Assembly (NCBI RefSeq): GCF_035084215.1
Contig: NC_090363.1
Span: 5,890,001 to 5,954,000, forward strand
Direction of reading: 5' to 3'
DNA: 64,000 bases
DNA from: Heptranchias perlo
Lineage: Eukaryota
In this document: positions 13,934-26,547 of the stretch, in pieces
How the letters are laid out: each line of letters starts with the position of its first letter
Position numbering within the stretch: position 1 is the first letter of the stretch
Made by a program: the position numbers and the translations under genes
Notes under the pieces: generated by a model
Seen by the model: only the letters and a program-made list of their open reading frames with translations
Told to the model about the DNA's origin: nothing
Database searches by the model: none

Positions 13934-14629
13934 CCTCCATCCTCAACTCTAAAATTTGTGCGTGCTATAAAATGAACCAGATTTGCTTTGTTCCTGATCA
14001 GGTTAACATTTTATGGGCTTTAACTCAACTTTCACCTCATAGCTTCACAAGTTGCGAGTGGAACTGCAAATAACAGGATGTCAAATGGAATTTTGGTACA
14101 AGTACTGCATGTTTCTCCAGGAAAACCGAGGCTTTGCTCTTTGTCACCACAACCTAAGATCCACTTTTGGCTATATCAGCAGATGAACGTTTAACAAGCT
14201 TGTCTAACATTGCCCTGTCCGATATTTTAGCGGAGGCTTGAACCCATTCAAAACAAAAGGGTTAATACTTGCATTAAATGGGCTACAGAAGAATATAGAT
14301 TAAATGTTGGGTCACGCTAATATTACCAACAGTAATTTTATACCACAGAACTGATGTGTTTTGTAGAAAGCAGCGCTACGTGTTGGCAGCTCGCCGTATT
14401 GCAGCTATTTATTTTACTCATCCCCCGCCCCGTAGCCTCGCACTATCGAAAATTGCAGTGAATTGGCAATTGCAATAGATTCTTAACGTAGAATGAAACA
14501 TTAATGTCGCGTGATGTAATTCTATTACTGCACGTTTTATTCAACCGGAGATGAAATACAGATGTCTAAATATTTTAGATATTTAACAAGCCACTACAGT
14601 ATATTTAATTCATTGTTAAAAGCAGTCGA

Positions 14630-15090
14630 TGTCCCTTACTTCATAAACATCGTTGTTACCTCTAGACTTCACTATTCCAATGCTCTCCTGGCCACCCTCT
14701 GATCTTCCACCCTCCATAAACTTGAGCACATCCAAAACTCTGCTGCCCTTATCCCAACTCGCACCAAGTCCAGTTGGACCATGATCCCTGTGCTCACTGA
14801 CACAACGCCTCGATTTTAAAATTCTTATCCTTGTCTTCAAACCCCTCCATGGCCTCACCCCTCCAAATCTCTGTAACCTCCTCCAGCCTCACAACCCTCC
14901 GAGATCTCTGCGCTCCTCCAGTTCTGGCCTCTTGAACAGCACGATTTTACGCTCCATCATTGGCGGCCGTGCCTTCAGCTGCCTATATCCTAAACTCTGG
15001 AATTCTCTCCCTAAATCTCTCTGCCTCTCAACCTCTCTCTCCTCCATTAAGGCGCTCCTTAAAACCTACCTCTTTGACCAAGCTTTTGAG
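14630..15090 (+). mobile_element. L2-type LINE 3' fragment
   Basis: gttacctctagact...tattccaatgctctcctgg; GGRAFSC...LWNSLP...LKTYLFDQAF. Confidence 0.8.
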
Positions 15091-15252
15091 ACCAAAGGCT
15101 TCCACTCAAAACATTACAAGAAATACCAGCTGAAGTGCATTTTTAATGCACTGTAACATCGCAACGGAGTGTGGTATCGCGCTCAAACGGTGTGAGATGA
15201 TCTCCCCCGGTGGTCTGACACTGTTATCCTCGGAGTCATTGGGACCCACTGC

Positions 15253-15551
15253 TAAAAGAAAGACTTGCACAAAACAGCAACTTGGCAATGACTGGAAAAT
15301 CTGTTTTAGGGATGTTGGTTGAGGGGTAAATATTGGCCAGGACACCAGGGATAATTCGCCTGCTCATCTGAGGGGGCAGATGGGGCCTCGGTTTAACGTC
15401 TCATCCGAAAAATGGCACCTCCAACAATGCCGCACTCCCTCAGTACTGCACTGAAGTGCCAGCCTTGATTTTGTGCTCAAGAGTCTGGATTGGGACTTGA
15501 ACCCACAACCTTCTGACACAGAGGCAAAACTGCCACCAACTGAGCCACAGC
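15253..15551 (-). mobile_element. Deu-domain tRNA SINE (SacSINE1-like), internally deleted
   Basis: A box tggctcagttggt, B box ggttcaagtccc, core ggatgagacgttaaaccgaggcccc...ggtgtcctggccaatattt, tail tgcaagtctttcttt. Confidence 0.85.
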
Positions 15552-17324
15552 TTACACTGCTGACCATAATGTCACCATTTACGTTAAGGGAACATAAAAG
15601 TGACAGTATCACTGCACCGTGAATTGTAAGAGTGGGTAGGCTATTCGCCGAGGACGCATTAGCGCCTACCTTGGGCGTGCACTCCCTCCCATGGACACAC
15701 CCACAATTTTCAGTGGGTGTCACTAAGAGTGTGGGGAAAGGGGGAGGGCGTTCCGATTCTACACTCCCAAAGAAATTGTGCACTATCAGATCGGATTTCA
15801 CGTCCGTTAATATTAATGCATCCCCAGTATCCTGAGCCATCTCGTGAAATTGTTTGCAATTGCAAAAACCCGCGAGCTTAACCCGCATTGACACTTCGCT
15901 GTTTTCAAATAAACAGAAGAAAACGGATTTCACCCATACTTGCCGCAATTTCAAAGGACTATATCCAAGGTAAAGTTGCCATCAGAACGCTCGGGCACCA
16001 TTACGAATCAAGAATTGGGTAGCTACCCCTCGGACCTTCCAGGTAATCCCTTCAAAATCCCCGCTTGAGCTATGCAAAACCATAATAAAGCGCTTGGGAC
16101 GTCTACCTCTCACACCCACTGGTTAACCAGTTGTCCACGACAGCAAGTAGAGAAAAGTTGAATTTGTAGGGAACATTGGTCTAAATGCGAGGGAAACATA
16201 ATGAGACGACACGACTATATAAAATGTATTTGTTTATTTCGGTAAAAGTTTGGCCCTGCGCATTCATTTGTCAATAATAGGGTTTATCAAAAGTAACTAT
16301 TTAGTTACAAAAATTCTGTCTTAAAACGTTCTACTGTACTAGTAAAATCACTGCTTGATTAATGCTGGTTGACCATGTGATGAGTTAGCACGACATTTGC
16401 TACTAGCTGCAAAAGATGTATCTCCTCTGCCTGTGTCGAAACGTCTCTTTTGTGCGCTCGGCGCGAATACACACAAGCATGTGACGGAAGCACGTGTGGA
16501 ATATGACCCAATCAGAACCAGTGCTGGTGGGCCTCAGCTTGACAATGGTGAAATACCAGGCAATGTGACGCGTGTTCCAGGAGGCCTGTACGTTAGCCTT
16601 GCACTTGACTTTCTATGGGGTTTTGCACGGCGAGTTCCTGTAAGTCAGATCCAAACAGGTTCTCTACATGGCATCTGGGACCTTGGCAAGCAACTGTGTA
16701 TCTCCTCAAACAATCAGAATGAAGAATCGTTAATGAGCAGCCAAAGTCTGAACCAGGAAGTGTAAGTTAGAATAGAAAATTCAACGTCAAATCAGGTACA
16801 GTTAACAAAATAGAGGGAAAGAAAGAGAGCGATAAAAGAGACAGAAAGAAACATTTAAAAAAATACCAACACTCATTAAAAGCTGAAGGAATGAGACTCG
16901 GCCCTTGTCAAACTTAATTTTCAGTACCAGAGAGTTTGTCTGCCAATCACTAAGACTTACCACGCTGTTTAAAGGGTAATTAGACTGGAATGGACATGCC
17001 CTAACTTTCTGTGGTGAGTTTAATAAATATCTACCACGTCATAATAGGAACTTCATGCTGTTCAATACATTTGAATGGGGAGCCAGACAGCGTGATACCG
17101 TTTTCACACGGCTTACCGAGGGGCAACGCATCTGGGACAGCAACTTCTGGATTCACACGTTTGACTGCGCAGTTGCTGTCCAATTTGCACATAAATAATG
17201 GTGAGCACTGTTAGTCTCACCGTTACTTTCACAGCAAAATCCGGCCCATTTAATATACTCACAGCAAGGGTGCGTTTTCTGAACAATGCTGTTCCTTAAC
17301 AATGCTTAACATGCTGATACTAGC

Positions 17325-17507
17325 GGGTAATTTTAACCTATCTGGCCGGGCGGGAAACCAGATGATGGGGAAGAACACTGGTTTGACATCCTGCCCAATA
17401 TTACTCTACATTGCCTTCAATGGACAGTAAAATCAGGCGGGATGTACAACCAGCGTTGCATCCAATCCCATCAGTTTCCAGACGGGCAGGTTAGGTTAAA
17501 ATTGCCC
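17325..17507. mobile_element. Palindromic MITE-like element
   Basis: Ends gggtaattttaaccta / taggttaaaattgccc, imperfect symmetry about cattgccttcaatg. Confidence 0.75.
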
Positions 17508-18959
17508 CCTCTCCCTGTGTTTTTCACAGATTAAAACAGACTTAAGTCCATTAACCGTTCGTACGGCACCAACGCGGTTGGGAAAACATGCCTCATATTC
17601 ACCATAAAATCTGTACTGTTTGTCAAGCACCTTTAAACATAAAAACTTGCTGTATAATGGGAAGAACATTCTAATGTCATGAGGCTATTAAGCCATACAT
17701 ACTTTCAAAAATGTAATCAGCGGGAATTATGCGATATTCTCCAGGATACAATTTCAGATAACTAAAATGACGCAATGTTACCGGTGGAGTACAAGAAATG
17801 GATGGGGAGGAGTGAAATTGGTCTTACACAGTAGCGCAAAACAGGCGATAGCTCATCTGCAGCCAGCATTAGGCTCTGTCCGATTTTCTTCTCCATTGGA
17901 GAAGAGATCGGGCGGAGCGCAAAACGGGCTGCCCATGCTCTATCACCCGTTTTACCCTAACGCCTAAGATTAGTTCCACCTGCACCGCCTTTTCGAGGTG
18001 CTTGACACGGTTTAAAATTGTTCTTGCCTCCTGAGGCCTTGGAAATTGGCGTGTGTAGACCCAGGTTATTGAGGGTTGCTCATACTCAGTGAGTTTACTG
18101 AAGCGTATTCCAAGCGATCTACATTCCTCTTCACTCTACTCTTCTTTCCCTCTTGCTTTATAGTCAACTGGGAGTAATGCAGTAACTGCTCCTGAGCAGC
18201 GCCATGCTGGGGAAATGCCTAAAAGTATTAAAATATTAAAATTAGCAATAAACAGCAATCGTCATCACGGAAACTATGTGCTTCCATACATTCTTACTGT
18301 GTTCAAATCAAGACTCGTGGAACTTTCTCTTAATTTAACTTATACTTTACCGGACCTCGGCGTACTGAAACTCTTTACATTACTGAACCTTCCATTACTG
18401 CCTCGAGATTGTCAAACCCAGTTTTGGTTCACCTAATTACTTATTGTTAATTTATCTTCTCTGCTACTTCAGTATCGGTGGGTCCCTGCACCACGCTCCC
18501 TGCCCTTTTACATGGTCCTAATAAAAAAAAACATCAGTTACCAATATCCCAATACCACACATGTACCATCAATCAAAATGTTTGCAATGAGACAAGAGGA
18601 TTCAATAAAATTCAACCCCATTTATAATTAATCGGGAGTGCAATGGCGATAAAAAGAGATCTGTTCTGTGTTTATCAAGTGACGGAAGGTAAAGAACAGT
18701 TTCCACTTCACACCCAATGTGACCATTGGGGCATTTGATGGTCGCTTATAGCATGGGTTTGATGCACAGTAAAGCTCCCTCGATTCTATAAGTGGGCCTT
18801 AATCAGGAAGCACAAAAGAGCATTCCTGTACCAGAATTGCAACATGATGTGATTGTCCACAGTCCTTGTGGCTGATAATAGTGACATTGTCAGTTTTTAT
18901 GGAAATTTAATGCCAAAATTTTGACCGAGACAAACACGTATTAGGACATGATTGGGATA

Positions 18960-19525
18960 AGAACATAAGAAATAGGAACAGGATTAGGCCATACGGCCCT
19001 TCGAGCCTGCTCCGCCTTTCAATAAGATCAATGCTGACCTTCGACCTCAACTCCACTTTCCTGCCCAATCTCAATATCCATTGATTCCCTTAGAGTCGAA
19101 AATCTATGGATCTCAGTCCTAAATATACTCAACGACTGAGCAACCACAGCCCGCTGGGGTAGAGAATTCCAAAGATTCACGACCCACTGCATGAAGAAAT
19201 TCCTCTTCATCTCAGTCCTAAATGTCCAACCCCTTATCCTGAGACTATGCCCCCTAGTTCTAAACTCTCCAGCCAGGGGAAACATCCTCTCAGCATCTAA
19301 CCTGTCAAGCCTTCTTAGAATCTTATATGTTTCAATGAGATCACCTCTCATTTTTCTAAACTCCAAAGAGTATAGGCTCATTCTACTCAATCTCTCATCC
19401 AAGGAATCAATCAAGTGAACCTTCGTTGCACCGCCTCTAGGGCAGCTATATCCTTCCTTAGGTAAGGAGACCAAAACTGTACACAGTACTCCAGGTGTGG
19501 TCTCACCAAAGCCCTGTAGAATTGC
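18960..19525 (-). mobile_element. CR1 3' fragment
   Basis: LYSLEFRKMRGDLIETYK...LWNSLPQ; agaacataagaaatagg tail. Confidence 0.92.
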
Positions 19526-19854
19526 AGATACGCAGGAATGTAGTAAACCTGTTTCACCTTGGACACCTTACAAACGGGAACGATTGGTGGGGGTTTAATC
19601 TTGGCCGGTAGTGCAAAACGGGTGATAGCTAACCGGCAGCCCGTGTTATACCTCGCCCGATTTTATTTTTCATTGACTGAGAAACGGGCTACCAATACGA
19701 TATCGCTCGTTTTCCGCTATCGCCCAAGATCAATTTGATCCCCTCGATTTGCATCCCATTAGATTGAGTTGATTTGAATTCAGACCATATTGTAGTAGAA
19801 GGGTCTTGGTAGTGGCACTATTGCGAATTTCATCTGTTTCAATCAACTGACATT

Positions 19855-19876
19855 CATATATATATATATATATATA
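19855..19876. repeat. (TA)n microsatellite
   Basis: Pure TA run. Confidence 0.9.
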
Positions 19877-20283
19877 GAATCATTAAATCATAGAATTATA
19901 CAGCATAGAAGGAGGCCATTCGGCCCATCATGCCTTTGAAAGAACAATGCAATTAGTTCCATTCCCCTGCCCTTTCCCCATAACCTGGCAATTTTTTCAC
20001 CTTCAGGTATTTATCCGATTCCCTTTTGAACATTATTATTGAATCTGCTCCCACCACCTTTTCAAGCATTGCGTTCCAGATCCTCACAACTCGCTACATG
20101 AAGAAATTCTCCTCATCTTGCTTCCAGTTCTTTTGCCAATTACCTTAAATCAATGTCCTCTGGTTACCGACCATTCTGCCACTGGAAACAGTTTCTTCTT
20201 ATTTATGCTATCAAAATCCTTCATGGTTTTGAAGAGCTCTATTAAATGCCCCTTTAACTTTCTCTGCTCTAAGGAGAACAATC
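19877..20283 (-). mobile_element. CR1 3' fragment
   Basis: CR1 3' UTR plus tctgctctaaggagaac. Confidence 0.88.
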
Positions 20284-20718
20284 CTATATATATATTCAAA
20301 TTGAACCTGGGAGTTGAAAGATGACTTTACGCTTTGGATAATGGTGTATTTTGAACCCCTGGGGCCTTAAAATATTTGAACCTTGAAATCCTGTTACAAC
20401 CGTCTATCATTCGACATGTAAAACATCTGATAGTTCTTACTTGTGCTGTTGCCTGTACATGACCGGAAGCTGTGGTAATGAGAATGTCAGAATTATTTAA
20501 TGCTGAAAAAATAAAATTAATCATATAACAGGATTTTTAATGCAGTTATTTAGATAGTAATAAGAATGAGCAAGGAATCGCATCTCGGATCTCATAAAAG
20601 TTGTGACAAAAATTGAAATTATTTCCCTTCCTGTTAAATTCTACTGAACAAAAAAGAAATTATGGAAAATAAAATAGATATTTAAACTCTGGTTCTTCCC
20701 CCGTTAATTATCGTGTCT

Positions 20719-20840
20719 TCACCATGTTATTGCAACTCGGTACCACTGTGGCCCAGGGACAGTCCAAGCCTTCTCTTCAGTGACATCGTTACAATTTCGC
20801 GTTTGAACAAAAGGCGCAATCAGAATTCCTTCTCGTTCTG
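20719..20840 (-). CDS. Candidate gene B cytoplasmic/terminal exon (TEREGILIAPFVQTRNCNDVTEEKAWTVPGPQWYRVAITW*)
   Basis: Acceptor-like ttttgtgtgttgtttaaaag|cag and an open phase-1 frame to TGA, about 1 kb downstream of the TM exon; no homology support. Confidence 0.3.
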
Positions 20841-21068
20841 CTTTTAAACAACACACAAAACAATAGTTTCTTGTTAAACCCTTACAAATCATTGGTAGCA
20901 ATTACTCTGGTCGCTACGTGTAGCGGCATAGTGAATTCATTAAGATGTACCCTGGTACCTCCTTCTAGCAGAATCGTAAATGCAATTTACCAGAATTATG
21001 TTCAATCCCCTCATGGAGGAGAGCAGCAGAAAGCTTGCTAACATTGACCTCTGCACCAAGGAAGAGAT

Positions 21069-21637
21069 ATAGAATCATAGAAGTTTACAACATGGAAACA
21101 GGCCCTTCGGCCCAACATGTCCATGTCGCCCAGTTTATACCACTAAGCTAGTCCCAATTGCCTGCACTTGGCCCATATCCCTCTATACCCATCTTACCCA
21201 TGTAACTGTCCAAATGCTTTTTAAGAGATAAAATTGTACCCGCCTCTACTACTGCCTCTGGCAGCTCGTTTCAGACACTCACCACCCTTTGAGTGAAAAC
21301 ATTGCCCCTCTGGACCCTTTTGTATCTCTCCCCTCTCAACTTAAATCTATGCCCCCTCGTTATAGACTCCCCTACCTTTGGGAAAAGATTTTGACTATCT
21401 ACCTTATCTATGCCCCTCATTATTTTATAGACTTCTATAAGATCACCCCTTAACCTCCTACTCTCCAGGGAAAAAAGTCTCAGTCTATCCAACCTCTCCC
21501 TGTAAGTCAAACCATCAAGTCCCGGTAGCATCCTAGTAAATCTTTTCTGCACTCTTTCTAGTTTAATAATATCCTTTCTATAATAGGGTGACCAGAACTG
21601 TACACAATATTCCAAGTGTGGCCTAACTAATGTCTTG
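21069..21637 (-). mobile_element. Young CR1 3' fragment
   Basis: ORF 21271-21615 ([28 protein letters not shown]); tail atagaatcatagaa. Confidence 0.93.
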
Positions 21638-21878
21638 GGATATAATTAGCCCGGGCTCTGTTATAAACTGCCTCCCTGTTAATGCCTGTCTCGATTAGTT
21701 AAACGCTCTGCAGACATTCATGTCATGGCTTCCATATGAAAAATAGTCACTTGGGCACGTTATCAGACAGAGGCTTGAGGGCTGAGGAACGTTACCCCTA
21801 CATCATTAGCGCCTTCAGAAAAGGGCACAAAAAGGCAATAGTTGATCAGGTACATGTGAATGTTAAGAAAATACGAAC

Positions 21879-21998
21879 TTTTATTTCTCCACATCAGTCG
21901 AAATGTCAGAAATATGATTAACACAGCTATCAACGCCAGGGCGACCAGCAAAACCGGTGTTATGTCGGTCCCCGCATCCTTTGTTTCCATCGTGCTGC
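21879..21998 (-). CDS. Gene B exon 3: stalk + transmembrane (C)STMETKDAGTDITPVLLVALALIAVLIIFLTFRLMWRNK
   Basis: 120 nt phase 1-1, acceptor tcttgttatttcag|, donor A|gttcgt; about 20 hydrophobic residues followed by basic stop-transfer residues. Confidence 0.82.
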
Positions 21999-22269
21999 CT
22001 GAAATAACAAGATGAAGTCAGAGTTTTGAATTGAAATTGAAACTTAAAACAAATCACCTTCTTCGCACTAAAGGAAGCAACTTCTGTACTGAGGGCAAAT
22101 GTTCACATCTCAGTGGAACCAAAATACTTGTACTCCTGCCAGAACTGTGCCCTACCAGCAAAACCATGCCCTCGCCTCCCTTCTTCCAGATGCTGACGTG
22201 CCCACTCTACATCAACAGCACCAACTCCTTCAAAGCAAATGGGGGGGAAGTAGGTGAGACCAATGTTCT

Positions 22270-22545
22270 GAACATTGCCTTGCAGAGTCCCATCATAAAG
22301 ATGAAGCTGCTCCTGAAACTTGCTTTGGTGTAACTTGGAACAGCGCAGAAAGCCAAAGAGGCTGAACTCAAAGTGGAGATGGTGGGGGGTTTGGCGAGGA
22401 CTGGAAATCGAGCCACCGAAGTCATATTTCCAGAAAGAATGAAGATGTTCAGCAAAGCAGTCACCCAATCTGCAATTGATCTCTGCAAGGCAGAAGGGAC
22501 CACACCGTGAATAGTAAATAACGGGGCAGTTTTCTCCGTTCATAT
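22270..22545 (-). mobile_element. Penelope-like element relic (GIY-YIG endonuclease C-terminus)
   Basis: IYYSRCGPFCLAEINCRLGDCFAEHLHS and QSKFQEQL...GTLQ resemble the recalled PLE pattern CSRCGLLYIGETKRRLGDRFAEHLRS...RKLEEQHLIFRLGTLQP. Confidence 0.75.
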
Positions 22546-22740
22546 GCCTGGGACTATTGGATCACGCGGGCGCACCCATTACAGGTGGACAGAAGTACAC
22601 GGTCGTAAAGGATCCCGCCGCATTTTACGCCCATTGAACATAAAATCAGTCGAGTTAAATCAACATTGTGGAAAAATTATTTTATATGGGTAAAATCACA
22701 AAAAATGTTCTCTAAATCATTATTTTCAATTACTACTTAC

Positions 22741-23094
22741 ATCTCACTTCCAGTGTGGTGCCATTGGTGACTCTCTGTCTCTTTTCTGCAACTTGACAGT
22801 AATAGGTGACTGAGTCTCTCGCCATGAAGCCAAAGATTTTAATAAAAATTTCATCCTTGCCAAACGCCTCCTGGGCCACTTTCTGCAAGTGGTCTTTATA
22901 CGATGGACTTTTGTCCCGATTTTCGCCGGTCGATAGACCTCGTGTCCACTTTGTTATGTTGAACAGTGAACCCTTTCCCTCAGAATCCAGGGCGCAGCTC
23001 AATGTCACCGACTGGCTCTCTGTTAAGGTTATAAATGGAGAGAACTGAAATATGGCACCATTCATCTGATCATTAATTTTAAATTCCACCAAAT
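22741..23094 (-). CDS. Gene B exon 2: VJ-type Ig domain (5' boundary uncertain; possibly pseudogenising)
   Basis: Open frame AIFQFSPFITLTESQSVTLSCALDS...ITKWTRG...IFIKIFGFMARDSVTYYCQVAEKRQRVTNGTTLEVR, donor AGA T|gtaag. The only in-phase AG found (23095-23096) is weak; the AG at 23066-23067 is phase 0. Confidence 0.8.
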
Positions 23095-24379
23095 CTATCA
23101 CATGCGACTCTATAATTTAGACTAGCCGATTAGAAATCTATAATGTGGAGAATGGGGATTCTGCTAGTCTCCAGTCTCCATATTATGTTAACACTAGTCA
23201 ATCATATATCTAAAATATATAAACGCAAGTCTATTAATTATTTGTTATACATAAATACTAGTCCAAGAATCATCTATTATATATTAAAGTTTGACTCTCG
23301 CCTGTCTGCCATGTTCAGAGCCGTTGGCGGAAGTTTTGTATCTCTAGCCCGTTATTTCCCACATTTAATTATCACAAATAGTTCACCCCTGTCTGTTGAG
23401 CCCGAGATGTGTTGGAGCAGAAGCTTCGGACCCATCCGTCAAAGTGTCACATTTTGTTACCAAAACAAAACAGTCTTGCCAAACAATTGTATGTTGCAAT
23501 TATCCCTCAACTATGCGTGGAAGCTTACAGCAATTCACTGGACGTGGCTAGTCAGACCACTATTCATGGGGACAATAGAGCAGCTGTCCCAAAGAAACAG
23601 AACCGTTCAATGTAGTTCCATCATGGCACTAAATATCACAGCTGTGCTCCAGGCTATCCGGCAACATGCCTCATTCCCGCGGTCAATTAAGCCTCCAAAT
23701 AAAACTAAACAAAGCATAGAGAAATCACGAACCGGTTACTATCTATTGCACATTAATTGCAGCCAGTACAGCAGTAATATGGTCACTGTAGGAAAGAACT
23801 TCCACAGCATCTAACACCACAACTACAGATGGCCGTGTACGAATTTTTGGGAATGATTTCCTCCGGTCTTTATGTTCATAACTTTTACAATTTTGCTAGA
23901 AATTCGACCTCGGGAAATCTTCTCGAACTGTTCATCACAGACTAGAATGTTAATATCGCTCAGGTTAATTTCAGGTCTCCGCTCCCCACACACAATGAGC
24001 GGGCGAAATTAACCCCGTAGGTTTCAGCCAATGTATAGGTGAATCCCAGTAGCCGATATCTGTCAACAGACTCTACAGGTGTCTCAGAAGAAATATAGGT
24101 CAAAATAAATCCAAATGTGCAATTCACTTAAAAACCATTGTACTTGCGTGTGTATGGTTGGTTTCGCGTGGAAATATCTCAAAACACTTCAGATCATCAA
24201 TTATTTTTTATAATGCAGTGACGCTCTGCAATGATTCATCACCAGCCGCGTCCCGGTAAACAGTAAGAACATATGAACGTCAGTTAATCCGCCCCCCACC
24301 CCCTTTTAGTGGCATTGGGTGCGGGAGGACTGGCTCCCAGGACACCGGGATAACCATCGCTCACTTTTGCATAGCGTCC

Positions 24380-24575
24380 TGGAATCTTTGACCTGGATCC
24401 GAACCCCTGTAACAGGCAAATCAGCCTCCCTTTTAGGTCTCCCCCGTAAGGAGGGCACCTCCGACAGTTCTCCCGCAATACAGCACTGGAGCGCTAGCAC
24501 ACCTGCGGTTCCGGCGTTGGGTTTGACTCCAGTATTTTCTGACTCAGAAGAAAGAGTTCTACTAACCTATCAATA
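24380..24575 (-). mobile_element. Decayed Deu-SINE 5' part
   Basis: tctgactcaga, cagcactgga, ggcacctccgacag match the 15253-15551 family. Confidence 0.6.
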
Positions 24576-26489
24576 ATTTATCTTATTAGAAGAGAGAAGC
24601 TATAGCTCTTGAATCAATTGGCAGAGAAAATTCATGGTAGGAAATCGTTAATTTCTGAAATTGTTTCTAGTCCTTTAATATGACTGGAAGCAAAGCCTTG
24701 TATCTGCTAAAAAACGGATTGTCTTTTTTTTTTAGGAAGTACTAGTAAGAGTTGTTGCTTTGAGGAGACTTTAAATTAGTATATAGAAAATCTACGGGCG
24801 AACTATTGATGTAAATTATGCAAAATTCCGAGCCCGTATTTTTATTGAAACATTTTTTATTATGCTTCGTTGTGACTTATAATATGCCTCCATTTTTATA
24901 AAAATTACCTGAAACATTACATTTCCCCGGATGAATGATATAAATATTTACAAATGCGTTGAGAGGGCGTTCAGGGCTAAGTCTGAGGATTCCCCTGTGT
25001 ATTTGCCAAACTGCTGATTTAACACTCATCTCAAAGACAACCCGTGTGAGAATCGTATGACCGTCCCAATATTCCCAGGGGTATCCCGCAGCATGTCGCA
25101 AGCGCGTATTGGATGAAATAAAATATATAGTGAACCTGTGGTAACATCCTTTTTGTTTCGTAAAAATCTACTCGGCTTTTTGCACCGAAGCTACTTTGCG
25201 TTATTATGGAGGATGCATGCTCGAATTCAAGGAACACAGAGCTAAATATACACGCACAGTAACAGAATGGGGATGATTTTTCGCGGCCTACAGCTATTTG
25301 AAGCTACAAGTGACGGATGCAACTGCATACTTCAATAGATTGGAGTCTGAGCTGTACAAAGCTCAAACTCTAACCCACAATCTATAAAATAAACCCAACA
25401 CATTTATTATTAGGATTCTATTGTTGAATCCCAAAGCGGCCGGCCGCTGTCTATTTAAGCATTAAATGCAGGAGCCTTTGGATAGAAGTTTCCATGCGGC
25501 TACCCAACGCCGCACAAGGCCCGTGAAAGAGCGGGTGGCTTATCGGAAAATCGGGGCTGCACTTCGCAAGATTTTCCTACGATCATCGTCAATGGACAGA
25601 AAATCAGGGGCAGTCCTCCCACGATTTCCCCATAGGCCACCTAATGAGTGCGAGACCCCGAAAGTAGCGCTCGAAAAATTCCGCTCAGATTTCCAAAGTA
25701 GGTGTGCGAGTGAAAGGTGGTGATAGTGTTTCCGTGTTCATGCTTATCAATTTCCAAACAGAATGAATCATACCTGGTGAGCCGAACTGCACATTTATTT
25801 TGGATACTTTCTGCGTTGGCAATTTGCTGGACCAAAGGTCGGCTTCGGGCCATTCCGGTTACATTGATATCTTCATTAACGACAATAGTTTACCGTCAGA
25901 CAAATGAAACTTTTGGCGTATAGCATCTTTTTTTGCCCCATATCTTTCGCATTTAATGTCCGCTTAACCTGGCACCACCCACGGGTGTTTGGTTTAATTG
26001 GAGGGGGGCGTGCAAAACAGTACAGTCTGTACTGCACTCATTACGGAATTATAAATATATAATGTTTAAATTTAATACTGACTAGTGATAAATGCATTTT
26101 AAACTGCAAATCATAGAAGTGGTACCGTTCAATCATAAATCAACACAAGACATACTAACTAACGATTTGTGGAATGCTACAGGATGCCAATATCTTTATG
26201 AAATTACTCATCTGACATTAAAGTCCACAAATGCAGCACTCCTTCGAAGCGAGCTAATCAAATCGTTTCACGTTAGAATTTTATATCCAATCTATTACGG
26301 TTAAACTTGAAGTTTTGCAGAAAATGGCAACCATCGGCGCCAAAACAATTTCGTGGCAAGATCGCCTTAACATTACCATAAGATACTGCAAATATTTCAC
26401 AAATTGCAAAAAAAAAATCATTTTAAAAGTTATGCCGTTATTCACTGGAGTATCTGCATTTTATAATAGAGGTGAATAAGTTAACTCAC

Positions 26490-26547
26490 CAGTGCATAGT
26501 ACAAAGAGAATCAGGTGCATAAAGGCAATTCGCTGGATGATTAGCAT
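26490..26547 (-). CDS. Gene B exon 1: signal peptide MLIIQRIAFMHLILFVLCT
   Basis: 58 nt, ATG to G|gtgagt (phase 1); hydrophobic; homologous to the gene C leader (same length, shared TGATTCTCTTT and flanking sequence). Confidence 0.85.

Noticed and set aside
15364-15954. 196-aa minus-strand ORF
   Set aside because: Runs through a SINE and adjacent repeat-like DNA; no protein motif.
22103-22543. Possible second Ig domain between the gene B V and TM exons
   Set aside because: The Cys pattern matches a Penelope GIY-YIG relic, not an Ig fold.
23143-23814. 223-aa plus-strand ORF
   Set aside because: Antisense within gene B intron 1; no recognisable domain or exon structure.
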